Source: Candidatus Aminicenantes bacterium
GTDB taxonomy: Bacteria; Acidobacteriota; Aminicenantia; UBA2199
Direction of reading: 5' to 3'
Assembly: GCA_030610885.1 (NCBI GenBank)
Contig: JAUWQW010000004.1
Location: 1-57,832 of the forward strand
Length of the DNA stretch: 57,832 nucleotides
Below, piece after piece: positions 39,619 through 48,426 of the stretch (positions within the stretch are counted from its first letter, which is position 1; every line of letters begins with the position of its first letter). A program made the position numbers and the translations under genes. A model generated the notes under the pieces. That model was not told the DNA's origin, did no database searches, and saw nothing but the letters and a program-made list of their open reading frames with translations.

Positions 39619-41535
39619 TCACACTACCTTAAATTCGATTCCTGCATCTTTCATTTGCAAGGTTGTATTGGTCTTTAATTGGTCATTTTCTTCAAAAAGT
39701 TTATCGAGTGTTATTACTTTCTGCGGTTTTGCTTCAATGATATTTTTTACAATTTCTTCGTTTATCTCTAATAGAGCAATTATCAGTTCATTGTCATTGA
39801 TTTGAAAATAATTATTTTTTCTTTCAATTTTACAATTCAAATATATCCCGGATTTTAAAAGAAGTTCATAAAGCATATTTTCTTCGATTGATCCTTCTTT
39901 TACCGGATTTACAAATGTAAGAAGTTGTTCTTCTAATTCTTCTTCGGTTTTAAAATTATCTCCTCGCCAGATCTTGAAATTGGATTCCCGCAGTTTGAAA
40001 ACTTTGAAACCTAAATCCTGTTTATTTTCTCCAAAATTCAATTTTTCTTTTTGTTCGTGTTCAATTTTCTTTATTACTCTGCGTATTCTCTCTTTTCCAA
40101 TATCTGCAATTGTTTTGTAACCAGATTTGAATGCTTCTGATTTTATGTCTGTTTTTTCGGGAAGTTGCACCATTATGAATTTGCGGTCTCCACCATCCTC
40201 TTTGTTGAGATCGAGAACGGCGTGGGCAGTTGTGCAAGAACCGGAGAAGAAATCGAGGATGATGTCATTAATATTAAACGATGAATATTTTATAATTGTT
40301 TTTATCAATTCAACAGGTTTTGAATATGGAAATACTATAGACTCGAAAATTTCCTTTATATCTGCTGCAGAATTAGCATTTAGCACATTATTAATTAAAT
40401 TTTTTAATGGAGCTGAACGTTCAATTTTATTATCTGTATTATCAACAAATAAATAATTTTTGTAACATACAGCCCAGCCGCTTTCTTTTGATTTAGATTT
40501 TCTAAATTCAATAAAATTATTTTCAATAGCCCATTCGACTTTCTTTTTACTCCATTTCCAAATCCAACCTTCATCAATAAATTCTTTCCTACCATTTGGA
40601 TAAGTTACAGTACCATCTGGACACATAATTGGATAGTTTAATGATTTGCTATATTGAAGACCTCCTCTATCTAAATTATCGATGTAATATTTACCTCTTT
40701 CATCTATATATTCATCAGATAATTTATATCTTTTAATATCATAAGAATCCATATTCCTTGCAAAGAATTTTGAGGCTTTTTCATATAATTTTGCATAAAT
40801 CAAAATATATTCAGTAATATTTGCAATAGTTTTTGCATCTGAAGCGCCAGTTTTTTTTTGCCATATAATTTGCACTACAAAATTCTCTTCCCCGAAAATT
40901 TCGTTCATAACCATTCGTAGATTGTGAACTTCATTATCATCGATTGAAATAAAAATAACACCATCATCTCGCAGTAAATTTCGGGCAATGAACAAACGAG
41001 GATACATCATTGTGAGCCAGTTGGAATGGTAATGTCCGCTTTCTTTAGTATTTTTGTGGTAAAGATTTTCGTTTATTAAAAATCCTTCTTCATCTTTTTC
41101 ACCGGAACGTTGTAAATATTCATTTCTATTTTCAGCAAATTTATCATTATAAATAAAATCGTTTCCTGTGTTGTAAGGCGGATCAATGTAAATCATTTTA
41201 ATTTTACCGTAATATGCTCTCTGCAAAACTTTCAACACTTCCAGGTTTTCACCTTCAATGAAGATATTATCGGTGTCATCAAAATTAATTGATTCCTCTT
41301 TATCAGGAATTAATGTTGCAGTTGTTTGAGTTTGAATTGCTCTGAAAGCATCGGATTTTCCAGCCCAGTTTAGAACATATCTTTCATCGCCAAAATTTAT
41401 ATCATCTCCAAAAGTTGACTTCAGTTTTTCCCAATCGATTTTATCTTCATTAAAAACCTGCGGAGCAATTTCTTTTAATCTGCTTATCAAATCTTCTTTT
41501 GTATTTAATGATTTTCCATCCATGTTAAAATCCAT
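39619..41535 (-). CDS. mod: Type III R-M adenine methyltransferase Mod
   Basis: LNWAGK, IEGENLEVLK, IYIDPPYNTG (motif IV), HSNWLTMMYPRL and ILDFFSGSCTT (motif I); beta-class order with a central TRD. Confidence 0.95.
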   Translation of the reverse strand: MDFNMDGKSLNTKEDLISRLKEIAPQVFNEDKIDWEKLKSTFGDDINFGDERYVLNWAGKSDAFRAIQTQTTATLIPDKEESINFDDTDNIFIEGENLEVLKVLQRAYYGKIKMIYIDPPYNTGNDFIYNDKFAENRNEYLQRSGEKDEEGFLINENLYHKNTKESGHYHSNWLTMMYPRLFIARNLLRDDGVIFISIDDNEVHNLRMVMNEIFGEENFVVQIIWQKKTGASDAKTIANITEYILIYAKLYEKASKFFARNMDSYDIKRYKLSDEYIDERGKYYIDNLDRGGLQYSKSLNYPIMCPDGTVTYPNGRKEFIDEGWIWKWSKKKVEWAIENNFIEFRKSKSKESGWAVCYKNYLFVDNTDNKIERSAPLKNLINNVLNANSAADIKEIFESIVFPYSKPVELIKTIIKYSSFNINDIILDFFSGSCTTAHAVLDLNKEDGGDRKFIMVQLPEKTDIKSEAFKSGYKTIADIGKERIRRVIKKIEHEQKEKLNFGENKQDLGFKVFKLRESNFKIWRGDNFKTEEELEEQLLTFVNPVKEGSIEENMLYELLLKSGIYLNCKIERKNNYFQINDNELIIALLEINEEIVKNIIEAKPQKVITLDKLFEENDQLKTNTTLQMKDAGIEFKVV

Positions 41536-41551
41536 TTTTAATTATATCGAA

Positions 41552-41580
41552 ATATTAAAGGGATTGTTATTGATTGTCAA
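41552..41580 (-). promoter_or_regulatory. Putative sigma70 promoter of the mod operon
   Basis: TTGACA (41580-41575)-N17-TAATAT (41557-41552), just inside the right boundary repeat. Confidence 0.5.
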
Positions 41581-41599
41581 GTGATTATTGAATAGGGTT

Positions 41600-42922
41600 T
41601 TATAATCCTTTGAGATAGGGTTTTGTTTTTGCATAATTTATAAAAACTTTCTGGAGTTTTTCAGATATATTTACAATTTCATTACTGTATATTAATAAAA
41701 ATATCTTTGCTGAATATTGCTTGAAATTTTCAAGATAACACTTTTTTACGGGATTTTTTGTGGGAGATTTCAATCGTAAAGGATCTATATATCTTCTGTT
41801 TTTCTGGAGACCATAGTGCAGGTGTGGACCAGTGGATCTGCCTGTATTCCCAACGTATCCTATTGTCTCTCCCTGATTTACCTTTATGCCTGAACGTATT
41901 CCTCTTTTTATTCTATTCAGGTGATAGTAATGGCTTATATATTTATTTGGATGTCTTATCATAATATATCTGCCCATTATGCGATTATACCCTGTTTTTG
42001 TTATATAACCTGTGGCGGAGGATCGGATCTTTGTTCCTACAGGAGCTCCAAAATCAACTCCATTGTGTTTTGCAGAAAACCCTAAAACAGGGTGGCGTCT
42101 CATTCCATACCTGGAGGTTACTCTCATAAATGGGAGCGGACACCTTAAAAACATCTTTTTAACTGCTCTGCCATCCGGATGAAAAAAGGCAGTTTTGCCC
42201 TCTGGATTTGTGTATCTTATGATTTTTATTGATTTACCTCTATTTATAAATTCTGCAGCAAGTATGTGCCTATATTTTATAAATTTATTGTTTAGATGTT
42301 TCTTTTCTACTAAAACCACAAAAGTATCATTCTTTCTAATATCTCTGTTAAAATCTATATCATACTCATAAAGGGATGCAAGAATATCTGCTAATTCAGG
42401 TTTTTCTCCAAGCTCTAAAATTGATTCAAATAAAGAATCCTTTATTTTTCCTCTAATAATATCTGTTTTTATAACATAAGGGATAATAATTAATTTACCT
42501 TTAAATGAACCATGTTTATCTTTTACAATATTAAGTAAGGAATCCGGGTCTACCTCATATACTATTTTTTTAATTTTGTTATCTTTTTTATAGAGAATGA
42601 ATTTATTCCCAGCTCTGATTTTCTTTAGATTATAAACAGGTTTTATATCAAAAAAAAGTTTATATGCAGTTTGGCGTTCCATACCTGCTCTTTCTAAAAC
42701 ATTAATTATTGTATCTCCCTTTTGAATTTTAGTCTCCAATTTGATTAATTTTTTTTGTGGGGGTACTTTTTTTATTGAGTTATCTGATTTTTTGTTTTTT
42801 ATTACCTGAATATCTTCTTTTTCATTTTTTTTTACTAAAAAAATAGAGACAAAGATTACAATTGTAAAAATAAGCAAAATTTTTATTTTATTTTGTAAAA
42901 AAAATCTCTTTCTAAATTTCAT
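41600..42922 (-). CDS. M23 family peptidoglycan DD-endopeptidase (MepM-like)
   Basis: N-terminal TM; HNGVD, YYHL and GRSTGPHLHY motifs. Confidence 0.92.
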   Translation of the reverse strand: MKFRKRFFLQNKIKILLIFTIVIFVSIFLVKKNEKEDIQVIKNKKSDNSIKKVPPQKKLIKLETKIQKGDTIINVLERAGMERQTAYKLFFDIKPVYNLKKIRAGNKFILYKKDNKIKKIVYEVDPDSLLNIVKDKHGSFKGKLIIIPYVIKTDIIRGKIKDSLFESILELGEKPELADILASLYEYDIDFNRDIRKNDTFVVLVEKKHLNNKFIKYRHILAAEFINRGKSIKIIRYTNPEGKTAFFHPDGRAVKKMFLRCPLPFMRVTSRYGMRRHPVLGFSAKHNGVDFGAPVGTKIRSSATGYITKTGYNRIMGRYIMIRHPNKYISHYYHLNRIKRGIRSGIKVNQGETIGYVGNTGRSTGPHLHYGLQKNRRYIDPLRLKSPTKNPVKKCYLENFKQYSAKIFLLIYSNEIVNISEKLQKVFINYAKTKPYLKGL

Positions 42923-42980
42923 AGTGTTATTTTAATCTAAAAGAGTAATAAATTCAAATTTAAAACTCGTGCACCCTATT

Positions 42981-43158
42981 GCAACAGTTCTGCTTTGTTT
43001 GCCCGTACGTTAATTTGACCTGTTTACGGTTCATCTCATTAAAATTCCAAACTCACTTCGTTCAGACAAAGAAATTTTACCTCATTTCATTCGGCACATT
43101 CGCTTTACCGAACAGGTTCCCAATTCACTCCCTGAGGCAATTTCAGCAGAACTGTCGC
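42981..43158. repeat. ~180-bp nested inverted-repeat element (MITE/REP-like or structured RNA)
   Basis: Terminal inverted repeat gcaacagttctgct / agcagaactgtcgc (13/14) plus three inner stems; visibly GC-richer than its flanks. Confidence 0.7.
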
Positions 43159-43230
43159 TTATTTTCCAAAACTGAATAAATACAGCTCGTGTACTTGAGT
43201 TATATCTGATTTTTGATATAATGATCTATC

Positions 43231-45819
43231 ATGTTTAATTTTATCATACGAAAAATATTTGGAACAAGAAATGAAAGAGAATTAAAGAAATTCATCCCTT
43301 ATGTTGAGGCAATAAACAACCTGGAATCAGAGATCAAAAAGCTTTCAGATGAGGAACTTAAGAGTTTTACAAATAAATTTAAAGAGAGACTGGATAAAGG
43401 TGAAACTTTAGATGATATTCTTATTGAAACCTTTGCAGTTGTTAGAGAAGTTAGTGTAAGAGTTCTTAAAATGAGGCATTTTGATGTCCAGTTAGTAGGT
43501 GGAGTTATTCTTCACCAGGGAAAGATTTCTGAGATGAAAACAGGAGAAGGTAAAACACTTGTTTCTACTTTACCAGGTTACTTAAATGCTCTTTCGGGTA
43601 AAGGTGTTCATATTGTTACTGTTAATGACTATCTTGCACAAAGAGATTCAGAATGGATGGGTGGAATTTACAAGTTTCTTGGTTTATCAGTGGGTGTGAT
43701 TCAGCATGATATGGATGAAGATTTAAGAAAAGAGGCATATAGAGCTGATATTACTTATGGTACTAATAATGAATTCGGTTTTGATTATCTGAGAGATAAT
43801 ATGAAATTTGAGGTTGATGAGTTGGTTCAAAATGGGTACAACTTTGCAATTGTTGATGAAGTAGACTCAATATTAATTGATGAGGCGAGAACTCCTTTGA
43901 TTATTTCTGGTCCTACTGAAGAATCCACATCCTTTTATTACACTGTGAATGATTTTGTGAAGCGTGCAAAAAGAGCTAATGAAAATTATGAGCTGGATGA
44001 AAAATCACGAACAGTTGTTTTAACAGAACATGGTATAGAAGAAGCAGAGAAATTTTTTAAAATAGATAATTTATATGATCTTACAAATATGGATACACTT
44101 CATCAGGTGAATCAAGCTCTAAAGGCACATCTTCTTTTCCAAAGCGATAAGGATTATCTTGTAAAAGACAATCAAGTATTGATTGTTGATGAGTTTACTG
44201 GAAGAATGATGCCTGGAAGGAGATATTCTGATGGACTTCATCAGGCATTGGAAGCAAAAGAGAATGTTAAAATTGAGAAAGAATACCAAACACTTGCTCA
44301 AATCACATTTCAGAATTATTTCAGGATGTATGATAAATTAGCAGGAATGACAGGAACAGCTATAACTGAAGCTGCAGAATTTGACTCGATTTATAATCTT
44401 GATGTATTGGATGTCCCTACTAACAGACATCTAATAAGAACTGAATATCATGATGTTATTTATGGGAGTAAAGAGGAGAAATGGGATGCAGTTGTTAATG
44501 GAATAATGGAATTAAATAAAAGAGGTCAACCTGTTCTTGTTGGAACAATTTCAATTGAAAATTCTGAATTATTGAGTAGAAAACTTAGAAAAGAAAGGAT
44601 AAAACATGTTGTTTTAAATGCAAAATATCATGAGATGGAAGCTGATATCATTGCTCAAGCGGGAAGACTTGGTTCAGTTACAATAGCAACTAATATGGCA
44701 GGTAGAGGAACAGATATTTTACTGGGTGGCAATCCAGATTTTATTTTAAAGGATGAATTAAAGAAAAAAGGATATAGCGTTGAAACTGCTCCTGAAGTTG
44801 TTTTAAAAAAGTGTCAAGAAGAGGCTATTGAGCTTACGGAAAGAGAACATAAAGAGGTTATAAAATTGGGTGGACTCCATATACTTGGAACAGAGAGGCA
44901 TGAAGCAAGACGAATAGATAACCAGTTGAGAGGAAGGTCAGGGAGGCAGGGAGATCCAGGCTCATCAAAGTTTTATATATCTTTAGAAGATGATTTAATG
45001 AAAGTTTTAGGAACTGATAGGATAAAAGGACTTTTAGTCAGGGCTGGTATGACCAATGGAGTCCCTATTGAACATAGGTTTATAAGTAAAGCAATAGAGA
45101 ATGCACAGAAGCAGATTGAGAATCAAAATTTTTCAATAAGAAAGCACTTACTTGAGTATGATGATGTAATGAACAAACAGAGGAAGACAATTTATTCAAT
45201 AAGAAGGGATATACTTTATGGAAAGGATCTTAGGGATCATATAGTAAAATTAGTAGAGGAGATATTTGAGAGTATTTTTGATTTTTATGTAAAAGAGAAT
45301 AAAGATCCAGATGAATGGAATTTTGATTCTCTTCAAAAGGAGATTCTTTCTCAGTTTGGGTTTGATATTAATCAAATTTTAAATAAAAATTTCAGTGATC
45401 TAAACTATTTTGAGGTTAAAAAAAAACTTTCAAAGCATTTAATATCAATCTATGGAGAAAAAGAAGCTCTTATCGGAACAGAACAGATGAGAGAATTAGA
45501 ACGAATGATAATGCTGCAGATAAGTGATTCTCAATGGAAAGATCATCTGTTGAATATTGACCATCTTAAAGAGGGTATAGGATTAAGAGGATATGCACAA
45601 AAAGACCCTTTAATTGAATATAAAAAAGAGAGTTTTGATCTATTCGAAGAACTTCAAAATCGCATAGAAGAGGAAGTAATTAGATTTATATATCTATTTC
45701 ATCCTGTTGAAGAAGAGGAAATAGAAGATTGGAAAAAAAGGAAAAGAGCAAAACTATCAAAACCAACCTCAAAAATGCCAAAGAGAGGAAAGAAAAAAAA
45801 GAAAAAGAAGAGGAGATAG
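43231..45819 (+). CDS. secA: Preprotein translocase ATPase SecA
   Basis: MKTGEGKT, VDEVDSILIDEARTPLIISG, TNMAGRGTDI and QLRGRSGRQGDPG. Confidence 0.99.
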   Translation: MFNFIIRKIFGTRNERELKKFIPYVEAINNLESEIKKLSDEELKSFTNKFKERLDKGETLDDILIETFAVVREVSVRVLKMRHFDVQLVGGVILHQGKISEMKTGEGKTLVSTLPGYLNALSGKGVHIVTVNDYLAQRDSEWMGGIYKFLGLSVGVIQHDMDEDLRKEAYRADITYGTNNEFGFDYLRDNMKFEVDELVQNGYNFAIVDEVDSILIDEARTPLIISGPTEESTSFYYTVNDFVKRAKRANENYELDEKSRTVVLTEHGIEEAEKFFKIDNLYDLTNMDTLHQVNQALKAHLLFQSDKDYLVKDNQVLIVDEFTGRMMPGRRYSDGLHQALEAKENVKIEKEYQTLAQITFQNYFRMYDKLAGMTGTAITEAAEFDSIYNLDVLDVPTNRHLIRTEYHDVIYGSKEEKWDAVVNGIMELNKRGQPVLVGTISIENSELLSRKLRKERIKHVVLNAKYHEMEADIIAQAGRLGSVTIATNMAGRGTDILLGGNPDFILKDELKKKGYSVETAPEVVLKKCQEEAIELTEREHKEVIKLGGLHILGTERHEARRIDNQLRGRSGRQGDPGSSKFYISLEDDLMKVLGTDRIKGLLVRAGMTNGVPIEHRFISKAIENAQKQIENQNFSIRKHLLEYDDVMNKQRKTIYSIRRDILYGKDLRDHIVKLVEEIFESIFDFYVKENKDPDEWNFDSLQKEILSQFGFDINQILNKNFSDLNYFEVKKKLSKHLISIYGEKEALIGTEQMRELERMIMLQISDSQWKDHLLNIDHLKEGIGLRGYAQKDPLIEYKKESFDLFEELQNRIEEEVIRFIYLFHPVEEEEIEDWKKRKRAKLSKPTSKMPKRGKKKKKKKRR

Positions 45820-45820
45820 A

Positions 45821-47287
45821 ATGAAGGAAAAATTTTCAACATATGAGGGCTTAACTTTTGATGATGTTCTCCTGGTTCCTGATTATTCTGAAGTTACTCC
45901 TCAACAGGTTAATACATCAACAAAATTAACAAAAAATATAAACCTGAATATCCCTTTAATCTCAGCAGCAATGGATACTGTGTCAGAGTCCAGAATGGCA
46001 ATAGCTATGGCTCAAATGGGAGGGATTTCTATTATTCACAAAAATATGAGTATTGAACAGCAGGTACAAGATGTAAAGAGGGTGAAAAGGTCAGAATCAA
46101 CAATGATAACTAATCCTTTTACTCTAAAACCTTATAATAAAATCAGAGAAGCACTTCAGCTTGTAAAGGAAAAGGGAATTTCCGGGCTACCTATTGTTGA
46201 TGATCAAGGTAAGTTAAGAGGCATTCTTACTAATAGGGATATAAGGCTTACCACTGATGTTGAGAAAGAGATAAAGCATTTTATGACTTCTGAAAATCTT
46301 ATTACAGCTAAAGAGAATATTTCAACAGAAAAAGCTAAGAGGTTGCTTCTTGTAAATAAGATTGAGAAGCTCCCGGTTATTGATAATAACAATAATCTTA
46401 AAGGTTTGATAACTTTAAAAGATATTATAAAGTCAGAACAGTTTCCAGATGCTTCAAAGGATAAAAAGGGGAGGCTTCTGGTAGGAGCTGCAGTAGGCAC
46501 TTCTAAAGATACAATACATAGAGTCAAAGCATTAATTAAAGCCAGTGTTGATGTGATTGTTGTTGATACTTCTCATGGTCATTCAAAAAGGGTTATGAAA
46601 ATTTTGGAAAAAATCAGAAGTCAATTCCCTTTAATAGATTTAATAGCGGGTAATATTGCTACATATAAAGCTGCTCAAGATTTAGTTGATTTAGGTGTTG
46701 ATGCAGTTAAGGTGGGTGTTGGTCCAGGTTCGATCTGTACAACCAGGATGATAACAGGCGCAGGTATGCCCCAACTTACTGCTATAATGGAAGTTGTTAG
46801 AGCAGTGAAAGAAAGAGTACCTGTAATTGCAGATGGTGGAATCAAATTTTCAGGTGACATTACAAAATCAATTGCTGCAGGAGCTAATTCTGTTATGCTT
46901 GGTTCAATCCTTGCAGGTACAGATGAAAGCCCCGGGGAATTGATTATTTACCAGGGCAGATCTTATAAGAAATATCGTGGAATGGGCTCTATTGGTGCAA
47001 TGAAGGATGGGAGTAAAGATCGATACTTTCAGGAAGAAGAATCTGTAGAATCAAAATTAGTACCAGAAGGAATAGAGGGTAGGGTTCCATATAGAGGAAG
47101 CATTATGCAATTGATCCCACTTATGATCGGGGGTTTAAAAGCAGGTATGGGCTTAACAGGGTGTAAAAATATTGAGGAGTTGAGGAAAAAAGTTACATTT
47201 GTAAAGATCACAAATGCTTCATTAAAAGAGAGTCATGTTCATGATGTTATAATAACTGAAGAATCTCCAAATTACAGACTGGATTGA
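45821..47287 (+). CDS. guaB: IMP dehydrogenase
   Basis: [18 protein letters not shown] pair, [11 protein letters not shown] and YRGMGS. Confidence 0.99.
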   Translation: MKEKFSTYEGLTFDDVLLVPDYSEVTPQQVNTSTKLTKNINLNIPLISAAMDTVSESRMAIAMAQMGGISIIHKNMSIEQQVQDVKRVKRSESTMITNPFTLKPYNKIREALQLVKEKGISGLPIVDDQGKLRGILTNRDIRLTTDVEKEIKHFMTSENLITAKENISTEKAKRLLLVNKIEKLPVIDNNNNLKGLITLKDIIKSEQFPDASKDKKGRLLVGAAVGTSKDTIHRVKALIKASVDVIVVDTSHGHSKRVMKILEKIRSQFPLIDLIAGNIATYKAAQDLVDLGVDAVKVGVGPGSICTTRMITGAGMPQLTAIMEVVRAVKERVPVIADGGIKFSGDITKSIAAGANSVMLGSILAGTDESPGELIIYQGRSYKKYRGMGSIGAMKDGSKDRYFQEEESVESKLVPEGIEGRVPYRGSIMQLIPLMIGGLKAGMGLTGCKNIEELRKKVTFVKITNASLKESHVHDVIITEESPNYRLD

Positions 47288-47291
47288 AGAG

Positions 47292-47319
47292 AATGAGATT
47301 TTTATTTAAAAATCTCATT
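47292..47319. terminator. AT-rich hairpin between convergent genes
   Basis: aatgagattttt-attt-aaaaatctcatt, a 12-bp perfect stem. Confidence 0.55.
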
Positions 47320-47355
47320 ATTCTTGAATTAATGCGATTTATGTATGTTAAAAAT

Positions 47356-48426
47356 TTAATATTTTAGATTTATTAGCTTGTAATCAGGATTTCCAAACCC
47401 AATATCTCTTGAATGATCTATCTGGATTTTATATGGAATATTATAGGATAAATCGGGTAATCTCTTTTCAGATCTTTTTTCAACAAGATCAAGAGAAGCA
47501 GTATCAATCGCAACCGGGTCAAATGATATCAATACTCCAATATCAGAAGTGATCTTTTCAAATCCTTTCATACAATCACAATCCTTTGTAATTCTATTGA
47601 GAAAATTGATATAAATTATTTTCCCTTTATTTACTTTAACAACGCCCATTGCGTGTTCAACTATCTTTTTTTGAAGTTGTTCATATGTTTCCTTCCAGTT
47701 GAATTTAACTGCATTAAACCTACATATTGCAAGGCATTCTCCACATCCAATACATTTTTTTACGTTTATTACAGCTCTATTTTCAATAAAAGAGATTGCA
47801 CCAGCAGGACACCATTTTATGCACTCCTTACATCCTGTACAATTTTTTTTTATTATTGTTGGTTTTGCTGTTGAATGCTGGATCAATTTTCCTTTTCTAC
47901 TTGAACAACCCATTCCCATATTTTTTAATGCTCCTCCAAATCCTGTAACAATATGCCCTGTAAAATGGGATACAACAATAAGAGATTGAGCTTTTACAAT
48001 AAGAGAAGCAATGCCTACCTTTTTGTATATTTTGCCAGGGATATTTATTTGTATTTCCTCATCCCCAAATAAACCATCGGACATAATAATTGGTAAACCT
48101 GTGTTTTTATAATTAAAACCATGTTCATATGCAAGATGTATATGGTCAACAGCATTTGAGCGTTTACTTTTATATAATGTTGATGTTTCAGTTAAAAATG
48201 GTTTTGCGTTTTGTTCTTTTACGATTTCACCAATCATTTTAAAGTAAACGGGTCTAACATACCCTTTTGTACCCTGTTCACCAAAATGTGTTTTTATTGC
48301 AACCATATCTTCTGGATCTATAAAGGAAAAAAAGTTATTATGCCTGATTGCTTTTTCAAGTTTGTAACATATCAGGTCATCTTGCTCATTATCTTCAATT
48401 TCTATAAAAAAAACTCTCTCTTTCAT
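47356..48426 (-). CDS. DUF362 domain protein with 2x[4Fe-4S] ferredoxin insert
   Basis: AIKTHFGE, SHFTGH, GGALKNMGMGC, CTGCKEC..CP, CIGCGEC and DPVAID. Confidence 0.88.
   Translation of the reverse strand: MKERVFFIEIEDNEQDDLICYKLEKAIRHNNFFSFIDPEDMVAIKTHFGEQGTKGYVRPVYFKMIGEIVKEQNAKPFLTETSTLYKSKRSNAVDHIHLAYEHGFNYKNTGLPIIMSDGLFGDEEIQINIPGKIYKKVGIASLIVKAQSLIVVSHFTGHIVTGFGGALKNMGMGCSSRKGKLIQHSTAKPTIIKKNCTGCKECIKWCPAGAISFIENRAVINVKKCIGCGECLAICRFNAVKFNWKETYEQLQKKIVEHAMGVVKVNKGKIIYINFLNRITKDCDCMKGFEKITSDIGVLISFDPVAIDTASLDLVEKRSEKRLPDLSYNIPYKIQIDHSRDIGFGNPDYKLINLKY

Larger units (their letters stand above)
34314..41608 (-). mobile_element. Defence islet (mod-kinase-nuclease-res) bounded by 24-bp imperfect direct repeats; no integrase
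   Basis: ttattgaataagattttttaatcc (34314-34337) vs ttattgaatagggttttataatcc (41585-41608), 21/24; only defence-type genes lie between them. Confidence 0.65.

Noticed and set aside
40851-40859. A9 tract in mod as a phase-variation switch
   Set aside because: A/T runs of 8-10 occur in many genes in this AT-rich window, the frame is intact, and there is no tandem simple-sequence repeat.
43132-43140. Shared tgaggcaa between the rod element and the 47-bp repeat
   Set aside because: Only 8 bp match and the flanks do not align.
42979-43179. 66-aa ORF in the M23-secA intergenic region
   Set aside because: It coincides with the inverted-repeat element, starts at TTG, has no SD and has atypical composition.
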